Part shown: positions 9,748 through 21,628 of the stretch, piece by piece
Layout of the letters: every line of letters begins with the position of its first letter
Position numbering within the stretch: position 1 is the first letter of the stretch
Origin: an uncultured bacterium
GTDB taxonomy: Bacteria; Krumholzibacteriota; Krumholzibacteriia; LZORAL124-64-63
Length of the DNA: 64,000 bases
NCBI GenBank assembly: GCA_963727525.1
Contig: CAVSGO010000007.1
Location: 192,001 to 256,000 of the forward strand
Direction of reading: 5' to 3'
Translations under genes and position numbers: made by a program
Notes under the pieces: generated by a model
Databases searched by the model: none
The model's input: only the letters and a program-made list of their open reading frames with translations
What the model was told of the DNA's origin: nothing

Positions 9748-12122
9748 CAGTGACTCTCACCCTTCGCGTGCGCCACGAGGTGCACCAGGGTCTTCATGCG
9801 GTGCGGGTAGGCCTCGGCGAAAGCGACGAGCCCGCGCGCGATGCCCTCGGGATCGAGGCCCATCTCCGCGTAGATCTCCGCCACCGTGCCGCCGGGACGC
9901 CAGCGGTTGTCGCGATCGCTGGTGAGCGCCCAGTCGTCCGCGAGGGGGCCGAGCGACCAGTCGGTCATGCAGCGACGCGCCATGTTAGCGACATAGGTGG
10001 AGTTGAGCCGGTCGGCCTTGGAGATCGTCCGGTCCTGGACCTCCTGCGGTTGCTGCGCGAAGAGATAGCAGCTCGGCACGGCGACGAACTTGAGGTTCAC
10101 GCCGGCCGCGTCGATTGCCGGCAGCGCGTCGATGAGGTTGGCCGTGGTCATCGTTCCCTGCACGAAGACGCAGCCCTGCTGCGGCAGCCCGGGTTTGTAG
10201 TCGCGCAACACATAGGCGCCGCGCGCAGCTCCGCGATACGAGCCCAGGCCGAGGGCCTCCCGGTCGGGGATGGTGACGGCGGGGCGGGTGAGGTGAAGCA
10301 CGATGATCGGCGGCTTCTGCTTCAGAGCCTCCGCGAGCATCACAGGCACCTCGTTGTACTCCCAGGGTACGAGGTCGACCACCTGGCCGTCGGGGAAGAG
10401 CTGCGTGACGCCGGGAGAGAACACGCCGAAGTGGGTGCGGCTGTCCTCGGCCGTCTCCGGGCCGCTGTGGCCGGCCACCCAGATGACCTTGCCCACCTGC
10501 AACTCGCAGTCCTGCGCGATCTGGCTGTAGAGGCGCATCATGCCGTACTTCAGGTAGCTGAACGAGGCATAGGTGGAGCAGGCGGTGTACCAGCCGTTGA
10601 AGTCGTGTTCGGGGTCGGCGCTCAGATTCACCGAGGCACAACCGGCCATGATGCCGGCGTTGGCGAACTCGGTGATGGCCTGAGGCAGGATCACGCCGTC
10701 GGGGTTCTGCGCGCGGTCGAACCAGCCGGTGTTGGTCAGTTCCTCGCTGTAGTCCTTGCCGAAGCCGGCAATGTTCGTGGACCCGGCGAGGTCGGCGGAG
10801 CAGACGAGAAACAGTGGTCGGCCGTACTTCTTCAGACACGTGCTGTTGATCCAGCTTCCCCACCGTGCGAAGCCGGCGCGGTTGGGCTGCTTCGTGCCGG
10901 GGGCGGCCCAGAGGTCGGCGGGGTAGCGCTGTGGATCGACGAGGTCGGCGTCGTGCACCGGATTGCGCGAACCCGGCATCACGAACGTGGGCACCTCGCG
11001 CGGGATGCTGCCGGCGATTTCCAGAAGGCGGTCGGCGAGGTAGGTGAGCGTGGCCTCGTGGTCGCGCAGCACGTCGAGAGCCGTGTTCAGATGGGCCGCC
11101 AGCCGCTCGCGGCGCGCGCCCGTGGTCGCCGGCGCCGGCTCGCCGGTTCCCTGCCAGGTGACGCCGTACTTCTTGGCGAAGTCGCGGCGGCACTCCCAGA
11201 ACCTGTCGCTGTGGTACTTGTGCGCTTCGCCGTGGCTCTTCTCGTCGTACGTATGGTAGCCGCGGCCCTTGCGCGTGCGGCCGAACATCATGCCCGGCTG
11301 CAGCGGCGGATTGTCGCCGACGAGGTTCTGCAACGCACCGATGACGTCTGCCCAGTCACTGCCATCGTGCGCCTCGTGCACGTGCCAGCCGTAGGGCGCG
11401 AACCAGTCGCGCGGCGTCCCGTGCACCACCGCAGAGAACGGACGCGGGTCGATGCCGAAATCATTCCAATCGAGGATGACACCTAGGTTGTCCAGACCCA
11501 GCCCATACGCGCTGTTCTTCGACTCGTGCCAGCAGCCGGCGGTGTGGCCGCCCTCGCCTTCCATGGCGAAGACCCGCACGCCGCCCAGGCCGGCGTGCTT
11601 GAGCGCGAGGGCCTGGCCCACGGCGGCCGGCGCCCCGTGGCCGCTGGGACCTGTGTTCCACTTGGCGAGCAATGTCTTGCCCTCCATCTCGATGTGGCCG
11701 GACGGGCCGCCGAGATGGCGCAGATCGAGCAGATCGTGCCAGGTGAGCACGCGCTCGGGCCCGCCGGGTACGATGTAGCGGTCGTCGCCGGTGCGTTCGT
11801 GCGCCACCCGCAGCGCCTCGTGGAAGACGCTGAGCACGGCGTACACGAGGGGCGCGCAATGTCCCGCCACGAGCACGAAGCGGTCGGCGAACCGGTGTTC
11901 CGGATGGCGGATGTCCCAGCGCATCGCGCCCGAGAGCAGGAGGCTGATGAGCATGTGAGCCTTCGAACGGCTCCCGCCGGGATGGCCGCTCTGGCGAGCG
12001 TCGAGCATGAGATCGATGTGCTGGTCGACGACGTCCTTGATGATCTCCCAGTGTCCGAGATGGGGGGCGAGGTCGGTACGCGGACGCACGATATCGCGGG
12101 TCGGCCTGGCTAGGTCGGGCAC
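9747..12122 (-). CDS. Transketolase-like thiamine-diphosphate enzyme
   Basis: Motifs SGHPGGS, DRFVLVAGH, TGPSGHG, SADLAGS, ITEFAN and EDSRTH. The ThDP motif is GEG...N rather than GDG. AAAGGAG RBS. Confidence 0.8.
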   Translation of the reverse strand: MPDLARPTRDIVRPRTDLAPHLGHWEIIKDVVDQHIDLMLDARQSGHPGGSRSKAHMLISLLLSGAMRWDIRHPEHRFADRFVLVAGHCAPLVYAVLSVFHEALRVAHERTGDDRYIVPGGPERVLTWHDLLDLRHLGGPSGHIEMEGKTLLAKWNTGPSGHGAPAAVGQALALKHAGLGGVRVFAMEGEGGHTAGCWHESKNSAYGLGLDNLGVILDWNDFGIDPRPFSAVVHGTPRDWFAPYGWHVHEAHDGSDWADVIGALQNLVGDNPPLQPGMMFGRTRKGRGYHTYDEKSHGEAHKYHSDRFWECRRDFAKKYGVTWQGTGEPAPATTGARRERLAAHLNTALDVLRDHEATLTYLADRLLEIAGSIPREVPTFVMPGSRNPVHDADLVDPQRYPADLWAAPGTKQPNRAGFARWGSWINSTCLKKYGRPLFLVCSADLAGSTNIAGFGKDYSEELTNTGWFDRAQNPDGVILPQAITEFANAGIMAGCASVNLSADPEHDFNGWYTACSTYASFSYLKYGMMRLYSQIAQDCELQVGKVIWVAGHSGPETAEDSRTHFGVFSPGVTQLFPDGQVVDLVPWEYNEVPVMLAEALKQKPPIIVLHLTRPAVTIPDREALGLGSYRGAARGAYVLRDYKPGLPQQGCVFVQGTMTTANLIDALPAIDAAGVNLKFVAVPSCYLFAQQPQEVQDRTISKADRLNSTYVANMARRCMTDWSLGPLADDWALTSDRDNRWRPGGTVAEIYAEMGLDPEGIARGLVAFAEAYPHRMKTLVHLVAHAKGESH

Positions 12123-12226
12123 GGGCGGCTCCTTTTGCGGGCAGCGCGATGGTGTGCCAGGTCCCGGCCGGCTCGGCGGGATGGCGCAGCGGGTTGGGGG
12201 TAATGTCGCCTATCAGGGACCGTGTT

Positions 12227-12814
12227 TCAAGAATCCAACGCCCGACCCAGGTGGAAGACCTGCAGCACCGCCGCGGCGGCGCGGGCGTCGGAGATCGCGC
12301 GGTGGCTCGGGAAGCGGTCGGCAAGGCCCATCTTGGCGATGATCTCGGGCAAGCCGATGCCTGAGGTGCGGTGCCCGTTCTGCGCCAGCCAGACCATGCC
12401 CACGGCACGCAGATCGAAGGCTCCTCCGGCGATGTGCTCGCGGAACGGCAGCGCGTGGCGCTCGCATTCCAGACGTAGCAGCGGGATGTCGTAGTACGCG
12501 CCGAAGGCCGCGATCACGGCCTTGTTGCGCGGCCCGTACCATTCCAGGAACCGCGTACCCACAACCGCGAAGGCGGCGGCGCCGGCGACCATGGCCGGCG
12601 TGATGCCGGTGATGTCGGTGATGAACGGGGGAATCGCGAAGTCCGCGGGGCGCACGAGTTCGCTGAACTCGGCCGTGACCTCGAGGCTGCGACGGTCGAG
12701 CCGCACGGCACCGATCTCGATGATGTTGCTGCGTTCAACGGCGTTGTTCCCCTCGTCCTCGGCGGGGCAGGTGGCCTCGAGATCGATGACGACGATGTCC
12801 GTGGAGTAGCGCAT
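12227..12814 (-). CDS. DEDDh 3'-5' exonuclease (ERI-1/KapD-like)
   Basis: Motifs VIDLEAT, IIEIGAV, ITGIT, YD and HRAISDA. Confidence 0.85.
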   Translation of the reverse strand: MRYSTDIVVIDLEATCPAEDEGNNAVERSNIIEIGAVRLDRRSLEVTAEFSELVRPADFAIPPFITDITGITPAMVAGAAAFAVVGTRFLEWYGPRNKAVIAAFGAYYDIPLLRLECERHALPFREHIAGGAFDLRAVGMVWLAQNGHRTSGIGLPEIIAKMGLADRFPSHRAISDARAAAAVLQVFHLGRALDS

Positions 12815-12912
12815 GGGCGGGCAGCCTCGGTTGTCGGAGTGAAGCCGGGACGGTACCACGGGGCTTCGCGATGCCGCAACTCCTGCGGTGGTCCCAATTT
12901 AGGCCGCCCCGG

Positions 12913-12950
12913 CCAATTTTAATCTATTGGTCGTTAATTTGTGCTATGAT
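12913..12950 (+). promoter_or_regulatory. AT-rich intergenic element: inverted repeat plus extended -10
   Basis: CCAAT-N8-ATTGG at 12913-12930 and TGcTATGAT at 12942-12950, in an AT-rich patch between divergent genes. Confidence 0.45.
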
Positions 12951-12991
12951 CATTGCAGGCTGGCAAGGACGCCGAAACGGGGAGGGACTCG

Positions 12992-13195
12992 ATGAACACC
13001 TGGCTGCGCTTCCTGGCTTTCGTCCTGTATTTCTTCGCCTTTGCCGCCCTGCTGGGTACCGTGATCCTAGCGGCGGCAGCGCTACGCCAGCCGCTCCTGC
13101 TCATCGCGGTGCCGGTGCTGGCGCACGGGTCATACGCCATTTACCGGCGCTCTTGCCGCGCGCTGGCACCGCAAGGCGGCGCGACGCGATCGTGA
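12992..13195 (+). CDS. Small hypothetical membrane protein (67 aa)
   Basis: GGAGG RBS, then MNTWLRFLAFVLYFF with two hydrophobic segments. Confidence 0.6.
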   Translation: MNTWLRFLAFVLYFFAFAALLGTVILAAAALRQPLLLIAVPVLAHGSYAIYRRSCRALAPQGGATRS

Positions 13196-13199
13196 CGAT

Positions 13200-13328
13200 C
13201 TAGTCGACCTTGACGATTTCCGGCTTGTTGAGCTCGGCGATGACGAGCGTCGCCAGCGAGCCGGCGATGAGCACCATGATGAAGAGGACGATCCAGATCC
13301 AGGGGCGTGCTGCCAGCCAGGCTCGCAT
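13200..13328 (-). CDS. Mini CcoH/FixH-like membrane peptide (42 aa), not in the ORF track
   Basis: MRAWLAARPWIWIVLFIMVLIAGSLATLVIAELNKPEIVKVD*, with a GGAGGTG RBS. It lies immediately downstream of ccoG, where ccoH normally sits. Confidence 0.65.
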   Translation of the reverse strand: MRAWLAARPWIWIVLFIMVLIAGSLATLVIAELNKPEIVKVD

Positions 13329-13349
13329 GGGCACCTCCGCCACCAGCGG

Positions 13350-14741
13350 TCACGGTCCGCGGAAGCGAACCGGGATCAGCTGCGCCTTACCGGTCGCCGA
13401 ATCGGCGACCGTGATGTGGAAATCCTGCGGTCCCGCGTAGGCTCCGCGCGGGATGCTCACGAACATGGGGACCCGCTGATCGCCCAGCGGGCCGATGCGC
13501 ACTTTCGCCTGCGGAATGATGAACGACACGCTGTCGCCCAGCGTGCTCGCATCGTCCGCCGGGGTGATGGTGAACGTGTGCGGGGCGTCGCTCTTGTTCT
13601 GCAGGTGCAGGTTGTAGAGGTTGCGGATCGCGCCGTCCTCGATCGAGTAGGGTAGACCGGCGGGCCGCAGCATGTTCACCTGGAAGAACGAGCGGCTGCC
13701 GGCCTTCCACGCGAAGACGCCGAGGCCGGCGAGGCCCACGAGCACGTAGATGATCAGGCGCGCCCGTAGCAGCAAGCGCTTGCCGCCCGCGAATCCGCGC
13801 TCGCTGTCGTAGCGCACCAGGCCGCGCGGTTTGCCGATCTTCGCCATCACGTTGTCGCAGGCGTCGACGCAGTTTGCGCAACCGATGCACTCCATCTGCA
13901 GGCCGTTGCGGATGTCGATGCCGGTGGGGCAGACTTCGACGCAGCGATTGCAATCGATGCAATCGCCGCCCTTGTCCACGCCCTTGTGCCGCGGTTCGCC
14001 GCGCTTCTCGTCGTAGCCGATGACGATGGTGTCCGGGTCGATGAGCGTCGACTGCAGGCGCCCATACGGGCAGATGATGAGGCACGTCTGCTCGCGGAAC
14101 CACGCATAGTCGAAGTACAGTACCGCGGTCCACACCATGCCCCAGACGAAGGCGCCCAGGTGGACCCGGGGCGAACCCGTAACGACGTGGGCCAGCTCCT
14201 TGGCCGGCATGAAGTAGGCAATGAAGGCGTGCGCGAAGAGCCAGCAGAGCCCAAGGAACACGCCGTGCTTGAGGATCTTGCGCCACGCCTTGTCCGGCGA
14301 CCAGGGGCCGAGGTCGCGGCGGATGCGCGCCAGACGCGGTCCCTCGATCCAGCGTTCGATGCGCCGGAACACGCCCTCCATGAATACCGTCTGGGGGCAG
14401 GCAAAGCCACACCACACACGGCCCCACAGCGATGTCACCATGAACAGCGTCAGCCCGAAGCCGACGAGCAGGAAGAACATCAGGGGAAAATCCTGGTTCG
14501 TGAACGCCGTGCCGAAGATGTGCGCGGTGCGGCCGGGGATGTCGAAGAGTACGGCAGGATTGCCGCCGATCTCGATCCACGGCAAGACGAGGTAGACCGC
14601 CAGCAAGATCGTCCAGATGAAATTCTTGCGCACCTGCCAGCGGCCGTGCACGTCGGCCGGGTGCAGGAAGTTGCGCGATCCATCGGCATTGATGGTGTAG
14701 ACGGAATCCAGGTCGGGACGGCGCTTGTCCTTCATGGTCAT
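13350..14741 (-). CDS. ccoG: Cytochrome c oxidase accessory protein CcoG (4Fe-4S membrane protein)
   Basis: Motifs GRVWCGFACPQTV, REQTCLIICPYGRLQ, and CIDCNRCVEVCPTGIDIRNGLQMECIGCANCVDAC. Confidence 0.95.
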   Translation of the reverse strand: MTMKDKRRPDLDSVYTINADGSRNFLHPADVHGRWQVRKNFIWTILLAVYLVLPWIEIGGNPAVLFDIPGRTAHIFGTAFTNQDFPLMFFLLVGFGLTLFMVTSLWGRVWCGFACPQTVFMEGVFRRIERWIEGPRLARIRRDLGPWSPDKAWRKILKHGVFLGLCWLFAHAFIAYFMPAKELAHVVTGSPRVHLGAFVWGMVWTAVLYFDYAWFREQTCLIICPYGRLQSTLIDPDTIVIGYDEKRGEPRHKGVDKGGDCIDCNRCVEVCPTGIDIRNGLQMECIGCANCVDACDNVMAKIGKPRGLVRYDSERGFAGGKRLLLRARLIIYVLVGLAGLGVFAWKAGSRSFFQVNMLRPAGLPYSIEDGAIRNLYNLHLQNKSDAPHTFTITPADDASTLGDSVSFIIPQAKVRIGPLGDQRVPMFVSIPRGAYAGPQDFHITVADSATGKAQLIPVRFRGP

Positions 14742-15397
14742 GAACCCGTCGTCGAGCTTGCCGAATCGCCCGTGGCAGTCGCCGTGCTGTCGCTCGCGGC
14801 GGGGCTCGCCGCCGTGACGCTCGCCGGCTCGCCCTGCGGCGCCTTGCCCGGCACGTCGGTATTGCGCAGCGTCAGGACGTAGGCCACCACCGTCTGCACG
14901 CGCTTCGGTCCGAGCTGGTTGCCCCAGGCGGCCATGCCCTTCGCAGGCACGCCCTCGGTGACGACCTTGTAGTTGTCCATGGGCTGGCTGCCGTGAAGCC
15001 AGAAGTTGTCGGTGAGGTTGGGCCCCACCATGCCCTGCCCCTTGTCGCCGTGGCACACGACGCAGTACTGCACGAAGATCTGCCGGCCCTCGGCGACCGT
15101 GGCGGGAATCGTCGACATCAAGGTGAGCGACTCGTTGGTCACCCCGCCGGCGGCCATCCGCTCGAGCTGCGCCTGGGCCGCGGCCACCATCTCCTTCTGG
15201 AACCGTTCCCGCGGCAGATCGCGCACATGGAGCGTGTGGAAGACGATCCAGTAAGCCAGAGCGAAGACGATCGACCCGTAGAGAATCCAGAGCCACCAGT
15301 TGGGCAGCTTGTTGTCGTACTCCTGGATGCCGTCGAACTCGTGGGCACGCAGGGCGTCGACCGGTTCGTTCGCCTGGTCTTGGCGGTCGTTGCTCAT
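14738..15397 (-). CDS. ccoP: cbb3-type cytochrome c oxidase subunit III (mono-haem)
   Basis: HEFDGIQEYDNKLPNWW, a single CVVCH haem motif, GPNLTD and GMAAWG. Confidence 0.92.
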   Translation of the reverse strand: MSNDRQDQANEPVDALRAHEFDGIQEYDNKLPNWWLWILYGSIVFALAYWIVFHTLHVRDLPRERFQKEMVAAAQAQLERMAAGGVTNESLTLMSTIPATVAEGRQIFVQYCVVCHGDKGQGMVGPNLTDNFWLHGSQPMDNYKVVTEGVPAKGMAAWGNQLGPKRVQTVVAYVLTLRNTDVPGKAPQGEPASVTAASPAASDSTATATGDSASSTTGS

Positions 15398-15599
15398 CGG
15401 GTCGTCCCTTTCTCGTAGTCGTCGCCGGAGGCGTGACCTTCGTCCAGTGGCAGGGCCGCGAGATGGTGGCGTTTGCGGTCGTCGCGCAAGCCGAAGATGA
15501 CGTAGAACAGCACGCCCGCGAAGGCGGCCAGGAAGATGACCAGCCCGACCAGCGGCCACACGAGCAGTGGCGAGCGGGCGTGGAAGAACTCCTGGAACA

Positions 15600-15600
<1 letters not shown>
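15394..15600 (-). CDS. ccoQ: cbb3-type cytochrome c oxidase subunit IV
   Basis: 68 aa, one TM helix followed by LAALPL. Located between ccoNO and ccoP. GGAGGTG RBS. Confidence 0.8.
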
Positions 15601-17985
<2,385 letters not shown>

Positions 17986-17999
<14 letters not shown>

Positions 18000-18198
18000 G
18001 AGTGGACTCTTCCTCCTCGGTGGTGTGTTCCGAAGCGGCCTTCTCAGGCGCCGGGCGCCCATCGTCGTCGAGCAAGGGCAACAGGGACAGCCGATCGCCG
18101 TGGTCGAAGTCGCCGCCCCGCAGGCGCGTCATGAAGAACGCGAGGGCGGCCGCGACCAGGATCAGGCTGATGAACACGAGTACGATCACGACATCCAT
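17986..18198 (-). CDS. ccoS: cbb3 oxidase maturation protein CcoS/FixS
   Basis: MDVVIVLVFISLILV..F...GDFD, located between ccoI and ccoN. Confidence 0.85.
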
Positions 18199-20645
18199 GC
18201 CAGGCGCCTCCCGGTGAGCCGGTATGCGGTCAACGTGACCACCGTGACGGAGCTGAGCGGCATGAGGATGGCGGCCACCACCGGCGTGACCAGACCGGCC
18301 AGGCATAGCGCGACGGCCGCGAGATTGTAGACCGCGGCGATTGCCAGGTTCACGCGTACGATGCTGCGCAGATGCCGGGCGGCGAAGAGGGCGCGGCGCA
18401 GCGCTGCGATGCCGTCGCCCAGGAAGTAGAAGTCGGCCTTGCCGGGCAAGACGGGGCGGTCGACGGCGGGGGTCGCGGCGCAGAGCGCGGCGGCGAACGC
18501 AGGGCTGTCGTTGAGACCGTCGCCGACCATGAGTGTGTCGCGATCGTCGAGGGCGCGGACGCGGGCGGCCTTGGCCTCGGGGCTGAGCCCGCCGAGCGCT
18601 TGCGCCGGCGCGATGCCCAGGTGCACGGCCGCGGCCCGCACGCGCGCCGGCGCATCGCCGCTGAGCAGGTGCAGGTCGTACCCGGCGCGCTGCAGAGCCG
18701 CCACCTCGCTCGCGGCATCGGCCTTCAGATCCTCGCGCAGCGGGAGTCGTGCCAGGACGGTCCCGTCGACGCCGAACATCGTGACGAGATCGTCGGCAGC
18801 ATCATCGCGCGCACCGGTGACGAAGGCGGGGCGCCCGAGGCGGTACCCATGGCCGCCGTGCGCGAGGCTCAGGCCCTGTCCTGGATGCTCGCGCACCGCC
18901 TCGGCTGCCACGGCGAGCCCGGCATCCACCGCGCCGTCCTCGCAGCGCCGGGCGCGCAGGGCGGCGGCGAGGCAACGGCTCACCGGATGGTTGCTGCGTG
19001 CGGTCATCTCCAGGAGGATGGCGCGTCGGTCCCCGGACAGGTCGGCGAGGGCGGTCTCGGCGTTCGGCGTGGTGGCCAGCTCGCCGAGGGTGAGCGTGCC
19101 CGTCTTGTCGAGGAGGATCTTGCGCACACGCAGGGCTTTCTCCAGGAAGTCCTCCTGGCGCAGGAGCACGCCGCGTCGGCGCAGAGCGTGGTGCACGAGT
19201 TCTTCGGCCAGCGGCGTGGCCAGACCCAGGGCGCAGGGGCACGTCACCACGAGCACCGCCACCACCACCGGCAGCGCCGCGCCCAGGCCATGTGGCAACC
19301 ACAGCGCGAAGCCCGCGGCGGCCGCGAAGAGTACCGCGCTCACGTAGATGCTGCTCACGCGGTGCCACCACACGGGACGGAAATCGCCGCCGCGCTCGGC
19401 CGGGGCGCGTAGCAGCTCCTGCAGGCGGCTCGCGGCGAAGCTCTCCACGGCGGTGGCGGCGAATCCGTGTTTGCCGAGGTTGAAGGCGCCGGCCTGCACC
19501 ACCTCGCCGGGCTCCCGGGCCACGCGATCGCTCTCGCCGGTGATCCAGTCGAGCGACACCTCCGCTGCCTGGCGCAGCAGCACGCCGTCGACCGGCATCA
19601 CATCGCCCGGCGCGATCCACAGCTCGTCACCGCGATCGATCACGGTGGCGGCCACCGCCTGCAGGCCGCCGGCGTCGCGCCGCTTGACGGTGAGCTGGTC
19701 GGCGCCCGCCGCGTACAGCAGGGCGTTGCGATTGCGCTCGAGGACGTGCTGCTGGGCCCAGCGGCCCACGAGCATGAGGGTGATGAAGACGGTGAGCGTG
19801 TCGAAGTACGCCGCGCGCGGACCGCGCGCGAGGAACGCGCCCACGCTGCCGGCCCACGCCAGCACGATGCCCAGGGAAATGGGCAGGTCGAGGTGCGCCA
19901 CGCGCGCCCGCAGTCCGGCCACGGCGCCGCGGAAGAACACCTGGCCACCCACGGCCGTGGCCAGCGTGCCGAGAGCCAGGCTCAACCAGCCGAAGAAGTG
20001 ATAGATGGCGCCATCCTGCGGCGCGAGCCCGAAGTAATAGCTCAGGCTGAACATCATGACATTGAGCGCGGCCGCCACGCAGATCGCCATGCGCACGAGC
20101 AGGCCCCGCGACGTACGCCGCGCTTGCTTCTGGGCCGGGCCCAGCCGGTAGCCGAATTTCTCGACGCTCGCGAGATAGTTGCGCAGCTCGCCCTGCGTGG
20201 GATCCCAGGCGAGGTCCACGGTGCCCAGGGTGGGGTTGATGCGAAGGTTCACGCCGCCGGGTTCGCGGCGGAACAGCTCCTCGATCAGCCATACGCAGGC
20301 CGCGCAGTGCACGCCCTGGATGTCGAGGCTGAGTTGCCACGGCCCCTGCTCGCGCTCCGTCGGCGGCAGGGCCTCGACCATGCGATCGAGCCAGGCCAGG
20401 CTGTCGAGACGCAGAGAGGCGGCGGGCGGCTGGGTCCCCTGGCGCAGGTCGTAGTAGCGCGTGAGCCCGTCATTCTGGATCAGTTCGTACACCGAGCGGC
20501 AACCGCGGCAGCAGAAAGGGCCGTCCTGGGGGCGCCAGAATCGGTCGAGCGGGCTGCCGCAATGCAGGCAGTCCCGGGGCTTCTCCTCGGCTGTCATGGC
20601 GGTCCGGTGCTCGTCACCGGGCCAGTCGACAGGCAGCGCGGGCAT
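18186..20645 (-). CDS. ccoI: P1B-type Cu-transporting ATPase CcoI/FixI
   Basis: N-terminal CxHC...CCxGC, HMA motif CAAC, TGES, CPC, DKTGT, HP and GDGLND. The start could be 20597. Confidence 0.92.
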   Translation of the reverse strand: MPALPVDWPGDEHRTAMTAEEKPRDCLHCGSPLDRFWRPQDGPFCCRGCRSVYELIQNDGLTRYYDLRQGTQPPAASLRLDSLAWLDRMVEALPPTEREQGPWQLSLDIQGVHCAACVWLIEELFRREPGGVNLRINPTLGTVDLAWDPTQGELRNYLASVEKFGYRLGPAQKQARRTSRGLLVRMAICVAAALNVMMFSLSYYFGLAPQDGAIYHFFGWLSLALGTLATAVGGQVFFRGAVAGLRARVAHLDLPISLGIVLAWAGSVGAFLARGPRAAYFDTLTVFITLMLVGRWAQQHVLERNRNALLYAAGADQLTVKRRDAGGLQAVAATVIDRGDELWIAPGDVMPVDGVLLRQAAEVSLDWITGESDRVAREPGEVVQAGAFNLGKHGFAATAVESFAASRLQELLRAPAERGGDFRPVWWHRVSSIYVSAVLFAAAAGFALWLPHGLGAALPVVVAVLVVTCPCALGLATPLAEELVHHALRRRGVLLRQEDFLEKALRVRKILLDKTGTLTLGELATTPNAETALADLSGDRRAILLEMTARSNHPVSRCLAAALRARRCEDGAVDAGLAVAAEAVREHPGQGLSLAHGGHGYRLGRPAFVTGARDDAADDLVTMFGVDGTVLARLPLREDLKADAASEVAALQRAGYDLHLLSGDAPARVRAAAVHLGIAPAQALGGLSPEAKAARVRALDDRDTLMVGDGLNDSPAFAAALCAATPAVDRPVLPGKADFYFLGDGIAALRRALFAARHLRSIVRVNLAIAAVYNLAAVALCLAGLVTPVVAAILMPLSSVTVVTLTAYRLTGRRLAWMS

Positions 20646-20714
20646 CGGTTCCTCTCGGCTGGTGGCGGGAAGGTCTCGGGGCAACGGCTCGCTCCCCGCT
20701 CGGAGGCCGGCTCA

Positions 20715-20743
20715 ATAGTAGAGGGAAAGACTCCGCAGGTCAA
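20715..20743 (-). promoter_or_regulatory. Sigma-70-type promoter upstream of ccoI
   Basis: Minus strand TTGACC-N17-TACTAT (-35 at 20738-20743, -10 at 20715-20720). Confidence 0.65.
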
Positions 20744-20771
20744 ACGCCGGCGGCGACTTAGGCGATCTTGA

Positions 20772-21548
20772 TCACCAGAATACGACTTCACCCAGACGCA
20801 CATGGCCGATCCAGCCGAACGCCGCGGCCCCCCTCAGGGCGAGTTGCAGGCCGATGACCACGACCAGGGCGGCTCCCGCCCGGTTGAATCGCCGCCGCAG
20901 GGTCGGACCCAGGCGACCCGCCCCCAGACCCAGGGCGACAAGCACCGGCACCGTTCCGGCCCCGTAGAGGGCCATGGCTCCCGCGCCCGCCGCCGGACGC
21001 GCCACGGCCAGCGTCGCCACGGCCATGGCGTACACCGGGCCACACGGGAGCAGGCCGTTGGCCGCGCCCAGAAGGAAGCGCCCGCCGGTGCGTCGCGTGC
21101 CCAGGAAACCCCGTACCCGCCCGATCACGGCACCCCCCAGGCGGCTGCTCTCGACCCAGCGCTGGGTGGGCAGCCACCCCACCAGCCCCATTCCCAGGGC
21201 CAGCATCGTCAGGCCCACGACGAGTGACAGCCCGCCCTGCAGGGTCACCCGCCCGCCCAGTTGCGCCACCGATCCCACGAGGCCAAAAACGAGGCCGATC
21301 GCCGCGTAGGCGGTCACGCGGCCCAGGTGGTAGACGGTCAGCGCCGGCAACAGGGCGTACCACGGCCGCGCACCGGCGAGCGCGACGGTCCCGGGCCCGC
21401 TGGCGCACTGCGCCGTGGCGTAGGCGCCCACGAGAGGGCCGCACATGCCGATGCAGTGGCCGAAGCTCATGAGGAAGCCGGTGCTCAGGAAGAGCAGGGC
21501 GTCCAGAGTCGGCACGCTCGGCAATAATCCGGGATGACAGCAATCCAT
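20772..21548 (-). CDS. TauE/SafE (DsbD_2-like) membrane protein associated with cco clusters
   Basis: Motifs HCIGMCGP, YHLGR..Y, GLLPCGPVY and GTVP. GGAGG RBS. Confidence 0.88.
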   Translation of the reverse strand: MDCCHPGLLPSVPTLDALLFLSTGFLMSFGHCIGMCGPLVGAYATAQCASGPGTVALAGARPWYALLPALTVYHLGRVTAYAAIGLVFGLVGSVAQLGGRVTLQGGLSLVVGLTMLALGMGLVGWLPTQRWVESSRLGGAVIGRVRGFLGTRRTGGRFLLGAANGLLPCGPVYAMAVATLAVARPAAGAGAMALYGAGTVPVLVALGLGAGRLGPTLRRRFNRAGAALVVVIGLQLALRGAAAFGWIGHVRLGEVVFW

Positions 21549-21628
21549 CGGGGCGACCTCCCGTCGCTCCGGCAAGGATGCCTCACGAACGCGCCGTGAT
21601 CAAGCGCGGGTGCGCGCTGATCCGGCGA

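Noticed and set aside
21549-21628. FNR box upstream of the cco cluster
   Set aside because: Only half-site-like GATCAA/TGAT sequences are present, with no TTGAT-N4-ATCAA.
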